A stretch of 64,000 nucleotides of DNA, taken from positions 11,160,001 through 11,224,000 of the forward strand of contig CM022670.1 in NCBI GenBank assembly GCA_012295275.1, written 5' to 3'. This DNA comes from Chrysomallon squamiferum. Its lineage: Eukaryota; Animalia; Mollusca. The translations under genes were made by a program, and so were the position numbers. The notes under the pieces were generated by a model that was not told the DNA's origin, searched no databases, and saw only the letters and a list, made by a program, of their open reading frames with translations. Shown here in pieces: positions 13,505 through 64,000 of the stretch; within the stretch, counting starts at the first letter, position 1; every line of letters begins with the position of its first letter.

Positions 13505-14428
13505 TGTGTGTTTGTGTGTGTGTGTATTTTTTTCCCCAATCCACATGATGATGTCTGCACATAATTGACATGTTCTCGCCATTAGATGTATGCAAAACCA
13601 TTAATGAAATTTGTCTTAATAAATAAATTATTTGCGCAAAAAACCAATAGCGACTGAGGATTTCGAACTTACACTTTCTCCAACTAGCGAAATAGTATAT
13701 GTTATATATACATTCTTTTTCTGCAAACAAGGTTTGATAATTTAAAATACATTAATCTTTTTTCTTTCTTTCTTTTTTCTTTTTTTTTTTTTTTTTTAAT
13801 AATTTAAAAATGAATGAAACAAAAAAGGTGCTTTATCAACCTGATAAATAGAGCAATGTAATCTTTATTTATAATTTTTTTTTTACTTTTGAGTTTTCTG
13901 CTGAGAACGTTTTTACCAAGTGTAGAACATTTTATTTTTTATTTTTTTAAACAGTTTCGAATTCCGACAGCGCCTCTCATTAGCGTCTTGAAGGTTTTTT
14001 TCTCGTATTTCTCTTTAACTGACAAAACAGACAAGCTGAAGTTTAGAAAAAAGAGGAGAAAAAAAAGAGATATTTTAAAAATTGAATAAAAAAAAAAAAA
14101 AAAAAGAAGATGAAGAAAAAATATTATGTTTAACGCTAAAAAATACACATTCACGACTTCCTCATTAAAATGATATAAACTGAATTTGAAACTTAAGAAA
14201 AAAAACAACGAAAATGAATGTAATTAGGAGAGACACTGCACCACGTCTAAAAATATTAGATGTTAATAAAATAAATTTATAACAACAGTAATAAGAATAA
14301 TAAGAAGAAGAATGATGATGATGACGATAATAATAATAATGATGATGATGATAATAATAATAATAATATGCCGTTAAAAATACAATCTAAAACACTTACT
14401 AATTAATCAATATCAACTGGAATGTGAA

Positions 14429-14623
14429 ATTACTAATAAGGAAAATAAGAAAATTGCGAAAGTATAGTTTATCAGCTAACAGGTAAAAGATTATATATAT
14501 ATATATATATTTTATCTGTCAGCTGACAAACTATACTATATATATATATATATATATATAATATTTTACCTATTAGCTGACAAACTATACTTTCGCAAAT
14601 TTCTTATTTTCCTTCTTAGTAAT
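14429..14623. repeat. Foldback inverted repeat with (TA)n spacers
   Basis: ~60-bp arms 14429-14490 and ~14560-14623 are near-perfect reverse complements; partial third arm copy at ~14510-14537 between two (TA)n runs. Confidence 0.85.
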
Positions 14624-14987
14624 GTATGTAACTCTTAATAGCAGTATTTATTGTATTATTGACTGTTTCACCATTCATGACTACAAAGCAAGAACCGATA
14701 AGACTGCAAGAATGGTAACGGGCTCATATGTGGTTGGTCTTATCTTAATCAAAACAAAAAGAAAGTTAGGAAAGAAAGAAAGAGCCCAATTGGCAACGTT
14801 TGTCATACGATATTACTGGTTATAATTCGGTGAATGGTTACGTCAAATCACCGGTCTTGTTGTTGTTGTTGTTGTTGTTGTTGTTTGTTGTTGTTGTTGG
14901 ATTTTCTGCACATTCTTGTCCCGAAAATTTTCAGTTTGTTACTTCGATGTCATAGAATGAACAGAGAAAACATGAATCACTGACAAA

Positions 14988-31412
<16,425 letters not shown>

Positions 31413-32573
31413 ACAGACAGACAGACACCTATCTCCATGTACAGCTAGACTAGAAGAATGTGATTCTTTAATACCAAAGGCAACAACATCAAATGTACTG
31501 AGAGGGTAATGATGGTGAAAAGATGATACATGTTGTAACAGAATGGATTTCCGCTTTTACCATGAAAAGAATACCTGATAATGGTTGCCTTAATTTTTGA
31601 TATATTAATAGCATTGTTTACCAATAATGTAAGAAGAGAATCTTCAAAAGTTAGCAAAACATGTTAATTTGACTGAATGAAAAAAAACAAAAGAACATGT
31701 TTTAAAAAATATTAAATAACCTGTGAAGGAAGTTTTCCAAAATAATGTCCCATCAAAATGTTCTCACCTTCAGGACCAGTAGCATAATCAGGCACAAAAT
31801 AGTTTAAGTTAAGAAGTTAAGCAGTGAAAATGAAAACAGTTTTTGATTTGCCTGGTTTTAAATTGGTCCAAAAATCGGTCCAAAAATCTGGATGAATAAA
31901 GCAGATCTTCGATCAGTATGTTAAAACACTGCATAGAAATTGCTTAACCTGACAATTATAAACTGATGTTTTTAACACTGTTTGTTTTAGCAATGTTAAA
32001 ACTTCTCTGAACAGAGTACTGTTAGCATCAGTTGTTGTTATGAAGAATTCAGCAGACTAACAGGCTGAACAGGTTTTTGTTGATGCTGCCTTTCTGTTGA
32101 TCACAAAATATTTAAAACAATAATGCTGTAATATAATAATAGTGTAATTTTAATAGTTTTTTAATAATGAAATTTGACATATTTAATGTACTCAATTCTT
32201 CTACCTGTTAAAAAAATGCTGTCATCAATAGCTAAAATGTCTATTCTTGGTCTGAAGCAAGAGGCAAACTGGTGCAAATGAAAGGAAAAGGTTTTCACCT
32301 GTTTCTGGTAGATGGTGATGATGATGAAAGAGGAAAAGCAGACTTGAAAAAAACAAAAGAAAAACTGTCACCTTAATCATTCTAATTACTGTTTGATGAA
32401 AATCAGTCACCTCAAAACCTTTTCCCACAGTTCATAAAAATCTCAGTCAGATACAGTATAAAATGTAAGTAAACCAGGAATTCCTTGAGACTGAACAAAT
32501 AAATAACAGGCTACATATTCCTGGTTTTCTTTTAGAGGTTCCTTTGCCTTCCAATGACCACAGGTTTAAGTGA

Positions 32574-32717
32574 TGCAGGCCATCATTATTTACAAAATAA
32601 GACCGAAACATATTTCTTACTTAGCCTATTACACTTTAATGATTTACCACGTAATTTGTTTTAATTAGCAATACATAATTAGTAAATGTATTAGAGCCAT
32701 CATAGTTTCTGCCTGCA
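32574..32717. mobile_element. Short dispersed repeat / putative MITE (second copy at 48669-48801)
   Basis: Bounded by TGCAGGC...GCCTGCA inverted termini; body ATTTACAAAATAAGACCGAAACA...CTGCCTGC closely matches 48671-48800. Confidence 0.6.
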
Positions 32718-35700
32718 GCTCACCACTGAACAGCAATTTTACTGGAAACTGACAAACCACTAGTGATCTGAAATCTGTTCAGTCAACAGATTACTGCAAA
32801 TGTATTATTAAACTGAAAATTATTTTTGGGATAAAACTGAAGTATCCTTCTCTACCAAAATAATCAGTCCAAATAACAGATCAGGGCTTATCAGATATTT
32901 AATCAATAAATGAAAAAATAAAAATGTTTTCTGTGTTTGATACCTCTAGCTTTTAACCTCAACTTATGTCAGTGTAAAAAAATAGAATTTATAGGAGTAC
33001 AAACAGCATTTACCAACTGTCAATAATCTGTAAATAGAAGAAATAAACCTTGTTAAGAGTTAATGTTGTTGTTTTTAAATTGTTACCTCGAATATAATTT
33101 TATCAGACAATTTTACATATATAAAGTTATATCTGCCTACTAATATCTGTTCTGGCAAAAATTGATGAAGACAATTACAGACACAGCTCATAATATACAG
33201 TTCGCAGATAGTATGTATTATTATCTAAATAATGGAAAATTAAATTATTCAAAAGCTTTATTTTTTAATGAAAAATTATTTTTGAATCCGAAATGTACTT
33301 CTCTGCTCGGTATTGAAAAACAAATAATAAGAGCAACAATGGAAATAACACTAGAATGGTTTATTACTTTATTTCATGTGTAATGGTCACAAAACGACAC
33401 ATAGATAAATGCTATCAACACAGTAACCTGATCAGTAATGTTATAATGTGAAACGTGGAATAAAACATGCATAGACTTGCTAATAATATTAACAGAATAT
33501 TTATAATGCATAGAATTTTCAACAAATCCAGATCTGCAGTGAATGCTTAGTGTTTAAATACAAGAAACTGAAATACATCGTGTAATTCTCAGCTAATTAA
33601 CTGGTACTAAACGCCATATATACTCGCCATGTTACATTACAAAAATCATCACAGACTTGTGTTCTTCAAAACTGGTCTAATGCTAAAAGTCAAATGCACC
33701 TTATATAAATAATTTCAAAACCACTGTAAGTGAATGACTATACTGCATGGATTTATTAATTCAAAACACAAGAATATTAATAAGGAAGAGTTAGAAACAG
33801 AGCAGAAGACAAAAAAAAAAAATTAAAATTCATTTTTAATAAAATTCAGTTGATTCAAGAAACAAAATCTCCACAGCTCATTAGTCTTTTCAAGAATGTT
33901 GAAGTAAAATGTTCTTGGTTTTAAACAAATGATGGTAATAAACTGTTCAGACATCTGAAAAATTAAATTTTTTAATTATTTTAATTTTACTGTAGCTTCA
34001 GAAAATTTGGAATCAATACATTTAATTAAACCACAGAATTGTTTTCCTTACAAATACCAAATTTTTTTTTTTTTTGTACAGATTTCTTAAATTATAAATT
34101 AAATTATATGACTAGAGTTCATTTGTCATTATTGTATACAAAGGACACTGAATTTAAATTTTTTACCATAATTATTCATGATTTAATTCTATGTAACAAC
34201 ATTAAGAGAAAATCGGAGAAACTATAGCTCAATTATTTCAAAAAGAGAAATTAGTAAAAATAATTTATCTTGCTGTTAATATTTGAGGAATAATGACTTA
34301 AGGACTAAACTAGTATTATATGCCTGAAGTCTCACTGGTTTCTTCTCTGTTATATCTGACAGTTTATCACATCACTTGCTTACTCGAAGCAGTACTGAAA
34401 TTACTGCCGTATTAACTTTTTCAGTCGTTTTTGCTATTTTATGGTTTTAATACAGCCACAAGCAATGAGACTAAAACACAAAATACTTGATTTATCGTAC
34501 GTTTTAATGTCTAAATCTTTTAGTGGCACTTAAAAAATATCAGTAACAGAAATGTATCTGATTATCACTGTATCAGGCATGTTTTTACAATATTCAAGTT
34601 TTGATGACATATACAAAGTAAAATTATTACTTTGTGAGAAATACTGAGCACTGGATTAATTGTGAGTTTATGGTCACATATATGTTACAGTAGGTGTAAT
34701 TCTAAACCTTTATTGCTTTGAAAATTACTTAAATACAAACATCAGTATTGTATTTTGAGCAAAAACAAATGATAACATCTATAAAAGGACCAAAACAAAA
34801 GAACCAGTGAAAATAATAAATTTGATTATCTATGTCACCTATATTGGTTGTTACGAGACAATGCTTAAAAAAAAAGTCTTTCAATAAATTGCTAAACTCT
34901 TTTTCCTTACAATCAACTTTTAAAAATTCCATTATTTTCATTTTCATAAAAGTCCTAAAACCAAATGACAAAGCACTGAGATGCACACACTGTAAATATT
35001 TACATGCTACCATCTAGCATTTCAATGTAATTTAAAAATCTTAGCTGCATCATGATCACATCCACACACAAATAAACAAGTGCGTGTTCATATTTACACT
35101 GCACCAGTGTGACATTTAAAAAAATCTAGAACACAAGAACGTAAAGGAACCAATTTACTTCCTGATTTTAAGACAATAAGAAGAGATTACAGAAGTAAAG
35201 AGACTTATTATGACTTATATTTTACTTATGAATGCATCTCTGCTTTTCATTGTTAGGTACTGCATCGTTTTGCCAATACAGATGTCACTAAAAGACATTT
35301 GTTGTTTTATACAAAGAAACTGAATTTCTTTTACCACTACCTTAATACTGGTGATTCAATTCTAAGCAATAAGAGTAAAAGAAAAGATAGTGAAACTTTA
35401 TCATTTCAAATAGAATTTTTTTTGAATTTTTTTAAAGTATTATCTTGCTGTTAATACATTACCTATTAAAAAGAATCTAATAATATTTTAATATATTAAA
35501 GAAATAATTATTTCTTACACAATTAATTACAAATTGTTCCCAGAAGTTTTTTATTATTGAAAAAAAAAAAAAAAGTAATAATAGGAATAACAACAACAAT
35601 AAAATGTCCAATGTATTGAAAATTGTAAATAACAACTGAAGAAGATTATTAAATTTAAAAGTGTTTGTTAAATATTGAAAACTGTAAACATAATTTCTAA

Positions 35701-36076
35701 AAAACAAAAGGTTAAAAAGAGACATAGTAACTAAATTAAAATATATTAATTCAATGTTACATGGCTTCCACTGCAAAATGTCATTATTATTAATTATTAT
35801 TATTATGCTTGATAAAATTAACAATAAAACAGATTATTTACAAACCCTTGCCACCAACTTCAGCTAAAAGAAAACAGTTCTAAAGGCTAGAACCAATACT
35901 TTATTAACATTATGCTACATTATACAAATATTTACACACCTTTACCACAAAATTAAATACTGATGCTAAACCATCACTGTGGCAAAAACAACTTATCTTA
36001 ATGCCTGGATTCATTTGACAAAAGTTAACAAAAAAAAACATGAATGAAGTTTTAGTCCCTCGCACAACATAAATGC

Positions 36077-36400
<324 letters not shown>

Positions 36401-36873
36401 ATTAATGAATGATTATTTACAAAATGAAGACAACGTTTTGGTCAAATAACGGATTTGTAATTATCATTATAATATTGCTAGCTGAATGCAAATGTTAGCA
36501 CTTGTGTGTGTTTGTCACCAGTTTGTGAAACATAATAAGAATGTTATTGCACTTCTTCTCTCTGTCTGGAAACCTCTAACAGTAACTTCTTTCTTAAAGC
36601 AGAGCACTTACTGAAACTGAATTAGAATGAAGATGATCTCACTAACTTGACTCTAGGGAAGACTAAATAAGTACTCAATTTTCCACCTAAAATATTCTAC
36701 AAAAATAACTCCATCCAAAAATGTATTATGAATTGTATCATATCTTAAAACATTATTTTAAAAAAAAAAAAAAAAAAAATTGTAATAATAATAATAAAGT
36801 TCAGTTTAAAAAGTTAATTAGACAAATGCTTTTTGTAAATAAATGCAAAAATAACCTGATAGTCAATACTTTA

Positions 36874-37730
36874 AATATCAGTGTAAATGTTTGAAGTATC
36901 AGTGTAAATGTTTTAAATACTGGTGTAAATGTTTGAAGTATCAGTGTAAATGTTTGAAATATTAGTGTAAATGTTTGAAATATTAGTGTAAATGTTTGAA
37001 GTATTAGTGTAAATGTTTGAAGTATTAGTGTAAATGTTTTATTAATGTTTGTATTAAAATGTTTTAAATACTGGTGTAAATGTTTGAAGTATTAGTGTAA
37101 ATGTTTGAAATATTAGTGTAAATGTTTGAAGTATCAGTGTAAATGTTTGAAGTATTAGTGTAAATGTTTTAAATACTGGTGTAAATGTTTGAAGTATTAG
37201 TGTAAATGTTTGAAATATTAGTGTAAATGTTTGAAGTATTAGTGTAAATGTTTGAAGTATTAGTGTAAATGTTTTAAATATTAGTGTAAATGTTTGAAAT
37301 ACTAGTGTAAACCTTTCAGATATTAGTGTAAATGTTTTAAGTATCAGTGTGAATGTTTTGAATATTATTGTAAATGTTTTAGTTATAAGTAGATGTCTCA
37401 GTTTAAATCTGCAAAGTAAAGGGTTTTAAGTAGAGGTTTAAATGTTTTAAATATTAGTGTAAATGATTTTCTATACAAATGTTTTAATTATTAGTGTTAA
37501 TGTTTAATGTGTAAATGTTTTTAATATTAGGTGTAAAGGATTTTATGCATAAATGTTTTAATTATTAGTGTTTTAATTAGTATAAAGGATTTTATGCATA
37601 AACATTTTAATTATTAGTGTAAATATTTTATGTATAAATGCTTTAATTATTAGTTTTAACCTTTTATATATAAATGCCATTATCAAGTTTTATGTTATAA
37701 ATGCAAATGTTTTAATTATCAGTGTAAATT
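36874..37730. repeat. 21-bp minisatellite (TATTAGTGTAAATGTTTGAAG), degenerating distally
   Basis: More than 20 near-identical units to ~37380, then decayed copies. Confidence 0.92.
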
Positions 37731-38196
37731 CTTGATATGTTACATAATACTGTGAAATATCTGGCTCATAATACAAGCCAAAACAAATTTGAGATGATCT
37801 GAAAAGCAATTTCAGTATATGAGACTGAATAAGACATGATAATAGTGTGTTAGTGTTAAATAGTCAGGCATCATGGGTTTTTTTTACACGAGAAACCTGA
37901 ATGTAGACTAAAAGTAAATATTATAAATTTATGGATTTCAAAACACATAAAACTAATATTAACACCATCCTAGTGGATAACAGTATGGTAAATCCAGGTT
38001 TAAAACAGAAATTTTCAGATAAACTTAAAAACAATATATATTTTTTTTAAAATGACATAAACTTGTATATTTTATGCAATGGATGTATATTTGTATGACA
38101 TAACAACACACTACATGCATTCATTGGCTGCCAATCAAATTTCTGAATAAATAAATACACCCTTTAACGATAAAGAAGACAAGTCAAGCTGACTTG

Positions 38197-38227
<31 letters not shown>

Positions 38228-38493
38228 ATCAGCCTTATTCTTGACTGCCTATAAAATAATACATAATTATTACTAAGAAACTCTATATCTGAATCCTGAC
38301 AAATCTAATCAGATTCCTGTAAAAACATATTCAAATAGCAGCCCAATAAAAAAAAACCCAGACAACCATGTACAAAATGTGTCTTTTTTTTTATCACACT
38401 GTCCTTTCAGATCTATCATTAACAACAATAACATCGTCATAGGAACGAAAACTAAAAAGTGTATAACTAGAAATGTAAAACTGAGATGTGCTG

Positions 38494-59930
<21,437 letters not shown>

Positions 59931-61686
59931 CTGAAATCACAGAGTTACAGCAAATTAGCATCGGAAAAAATAAATAAATGTCTAAAAAAAAAAAAAAAAG
60001 CATTACAAATTCAAAAAAAACAAAAAAACCACACACACACAAAAAAAAAGACAATAATAATAAAAAAAATAAAGGAATCAAAATAAAAACAAAATAAAAA
60101 AATTAAATTAAATTTAATAAAGCAAAAAAAAAAAAAAAAAAAGAAAAAAATGCCAGCAAAAAAAAAAAAGGAAATAAACTGGTGATGGTTTAAATAACAC
60201 AATAAAGAACTGATTTATAAATATTACAAAATATGCAAACATTTGAATGTGATTATAATTTTATTCGAGATCATTCTGCATCGTATATCATTTAAATAAA
60301 TGATGTACATAAAGTATGTAAGTATTTCAATATGATCATCATTTCGAGGTAATGAGTAATAATATTATATGCTTGACAGCCAGTAAATAATTATGAAGTA
60401 TGCAAGTATTTGAATGTGTTTAATACTTTATTTGAAATAATGTTCAACATTCCTTTATTCAAATTTGACTGTTTTTCTGTTTTATTTCTTTCTTTTTTAG
60501 GGGGGGGAGGGTGTTTTCTTTTTTCTTGTTTTCAGTTTGCAATACAACTGGTATATTTATATACATAAAACAGAGCAGTATTTTTAAATTATGTAGTTAA
60601 CATTTTTGAAAAATGCAATAAATGAATTGAATAACATATTCTTGTATTCACATTTTTATCATTATATACAAAAGACAAAAACAAAAAAAAAAACCACCAT
60701 AACCTGAAATATTATCAATTTTGTTATAAACAGATTATTTTTATCACTAAAGATACTAAAACAAACTGGGAATAAAGTAAAATTACACTGGATGCAATAA
60801 CACATAACAGTAACTGCTGATTTTTAAACATAAGCATTTCCTCTTCCCTTCGTGTCATATGTCAATAATTAATAACTAATCTACAAACCAAGTTAAAAAT
60901 AATAAAAGGAAAGTTTTTTTATTTTTTTTATTTTTTTCTCAGGTTTCACATTTCACAAACGTCAGTATTTGCACTTAATATGGGTCAAAAAAACTGCACA
61001 GGAAGTACACCATTGTGAAAAACAGCACCAACATAAAAACACGTTTTATTTAATTATGACATACGCTTTTGAATGGGCACTTTTCGAAAGGAAGAATCGT
61101 TTAGAACTCAAAAAAAAAATGAGGAGCAGTGTTGTGTTTGCAGAGTGTATCAGCAGATCTGATTGCCAGCAAGTACATCCGATTACTGTGTGGACACGAT
61201 TCTACATAAATCAATATCCGTCATCAACTGGCATTATTGACTACAGAAATCGGAACAGAGAACGTCGAGTATTACAGCAAAGATGAAGTAAAAAATTTAT
61301 AACAACTGCTGTAGTAACTGGTAATAGCCATTTAAGATAAAGGATTTTAGATGAAGTTAATCAATAAATCAGTAATATCGGTGAAACAGATAACTGAAAC
61401 TGTAGCCATGTTGGATTATGATCGATATGAAAACAAATAAAACTGGCCTGGTTTTGTTTTTTAAGTGGTTTATGGGTTTTTTGGTTGAGTTTTTTTTTTT
61501 TCAGTTATATTCTACTTCATTAAACTCTGTTTCTACTGATGTTTCATTACAATTATCTTCTGCCATTGAAAAATCTTGTTGGCAAGATAAAACTTAGCTA
61601 ATTTGAAGGTCTTTTCTTAATTAAATTCCAAAAATAATTTTATCTTTTTTTTTATTAATAACACACACAATCCACAATTATCTGAT

Positions 61687-61723
<37 letters not shown>

Positions 61724-61778
61724 TGTATATGTATTCATGTATATATGTAGAAGTAGATGTATGTATATACATATATAA

Positions 61779-61823
<45 letters not shown>

Positions 61824-64000
61824 CATGTGCATGTGCATGCATATATTCATATCTGTTCTCATTCTGCTCTTGCTGATACCTAACACCAGTTTATGCTTAA
61901 TTTAATCAACAGCCAGGCTGCTCCTGTCACAGAAATGGTAAAAGGGGTTACGACCCAAAGAGATGTTCCATGTCCTCATTTCAAGGATGAAACTGACAAT
62001 AAGACCACTCACTACTAAGACAGATTTTTCTGTGACTCTAACTTCCAGAATGAAGTTCAAATGTCTGCCACATGCAGGACACATCTCCAGTTTGCTTACA
62101 GCTTCATTCTATTAGTCTGGTTCAGAGTACAAGTTATTTCATTCACAACATAAAATTCAGATGCTGTGGGAACACTAATAGCTAACAGCATGGACCATTA
62201 TTCAGTTAGATAAATGGATTTCTTACGATCAGATGAAAAGTTTGATAACGGTTTGTGATAATTAAAATTAGTTTGGACTGCAAACACTGTAAATATGTTA
62301 TCTCTGAATCCTGCTTTCAGCCCAAGGCCATGGACAAAACTTGAGAACCTCAGAATGCAGAAGCAGAACATATCCTCATAGTGAAATCAATTCTCCCTGA
62401 CCATGCTTCACAATCCATTGAAGACAAACATTCCTTAATTACCATCATCTTTTCTTCTGACATCCTCATTTCTTTGTCATTTTCAAACATCAGATCATAC
62501 ATCCGAAACAAATCTAACAATTTCTGTCACTTCTGATCTTACATTCATCTCTTCCATCAAAGTGAAAGAACATTTATACATCTGAATATATTTGATTAAA
62601 TCTTATATTTATAATAGCACCTGGCTTTAAAAATGTAATAAATGTAAAAAAAAAAAAAAAAAACTGTAAAAAAAAAAAAAAAAAAAAAATACAAACAGGA
62701 TCTGTGCTAAATTAAGTAAGAGCAGGAAATCAGCTGATCAGTTGTCACTTCCATTAATAGTTTTAATAACTTCCTTCACTTGTGTTATTCAGCTTACTGC
62801 CAAACTGAATAAATTTATACATTGGCTAAAACAAATAATAAATCAAACAATACAGATATTATAGATATATATATAGATATATATAAACTCAATTCACATT
62901 TTTGAGATAGCCAGCCTATTACAGATATAACAAAAAATTAACAGTTATTATATTCACAATAATTCACCTCAGAATTAAATATTGTCTGACAATGAAAACC
63001 TTTCAAAACCAACAACTGGTGATACAAAATTATTAAAAACAGGTCATTTTTTTCCATTTTACATTATTAACATACATAAAAAAAAAAAAATATGAATATT
63101 TGCATAATTATATCACTCCAGAATGTAATTAATTGCCTGTTTGTTTTGCTGGGTTACCTAGGCCACATTAGACTTCGTTTAAAGCTAATCTGTATTGCCA
63201 TAAAAACAGAAAATGGAGGGTTATACAACAAAATATCGCTGTTTGTACCTAATTATTCAATTCTACAGATTATTAAGTCGTTCAGAGATCATACAGCTGA
63301 GAAGAATACTACATTTTAACAAATCTTTTTATTTATTTTTTATTTTAAAAACTATTCACTCAGCACAGATATTATTATCCTGCAATCTCACACGCTGATA
63401 GATTTAAAAAAAAACCAATGATATAGCTAGGATTAGCAATCTTTTCAAAGCATAGCAGTCATGGCAATTATCTTCTTTTAAAAACAAATACCCGAAACTT
63501 TAATTGAGTTTGAAACAAGATGTCGCCAAGGTTCAGTTAAAAACAGGCTTACATCTCTCACCTGTTTGTTGCAATAACCTCTTCACACTAACAATTTATT
63601 TAAGCTATGTTACTTTCTAATCTTTCTTTCCACTCCTTTCAGAGTTGTATTCATTACAAAGAATTACTGTGATAGTCATTTTACTGTCCTGACATATGTA
63701 GAAAAAGAAGAAAAAAATAAAGAAAAAGAAGAATTTTTTTTTTTTTTTTTTTACACATTTTTCACATTACATTCATGCAGTGGGTGATGATATAGACACA
63801 GAACAATGCAAAAAGTGTCACCTGAGAAGTTATGTCGGTTCAGATGTCATGCTTTGTCAGCAAATTTTTTTTTTTTAACCTTACAATATATACTGTAGGT
63901 AAAACACAGGTAAAATGCCAAGTATGAAAATGAATAGCACTGACAATAATATAAAGTATTTAATTATTTAAAAAAATAAAATAAAATAAATAAAAAATTC

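Noticed and set aside
60000-64000. Upstream FCHSD2-like exons and several short AG...GTAAG pairs (e.g. near 62100, 62800, 63550, 63880)
   Set aside because: None encodes the expected N-terminal FCH sequence or combines frame, pyrimidine tract and UGC; they show the background rate against which the retained microexon candidates were judged.

Overview
Very AT-rich, microsatellite-laden animal genomic DNA (invertebrate, probably lophotrochozoan/mollusc-like; taxon not provable here). Almost all ORFs in the supplied track are low-complexity artefacts. Three intron-containing genes were reconstructed by hand from splice sites and reading phase: (1) RPL9 (+, ~1428-4010; TCT/5'TOP start, 4 coding exons, 188 aa); (2) a secreted periostin/TGFBI-like protein (+, 13084/14988-31412; EMI + 4 FAS1) with two alternative signal-peptide exons; (3) an FCHSD2/Nervous-wreck-like F-BAR + 2xSH3 gene (-, 38494 to beyond 64000; 5' exons outside the window). 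The most interesting signal is an apparent alternative-splicing programme in the FCHSD2-like gene. It includes frame-preserving 15-, 3- and 12-nt microexon candidates (the 15- and 3-nt ones with neural-type UGC signatures), phase-equivalent 44/14-nt exons, a stop-carrying 24-nt exon or recursive splice site, and two alternative last exons ending in class I PDZ ligands (-ESAV, -ESLV), only one with a PP1-type RVxF motif. Several tandem repeats in the same gene contain copies of its own splice sites. Mobile elements: a hAT/Charlie-type MITE with TSD, a pogo/Tigger relic, a tRNA-derived SINE, a foldback palindrome and possible Helitron-like relics. All splicing claims are predictions from sequence and need RNA evidence.
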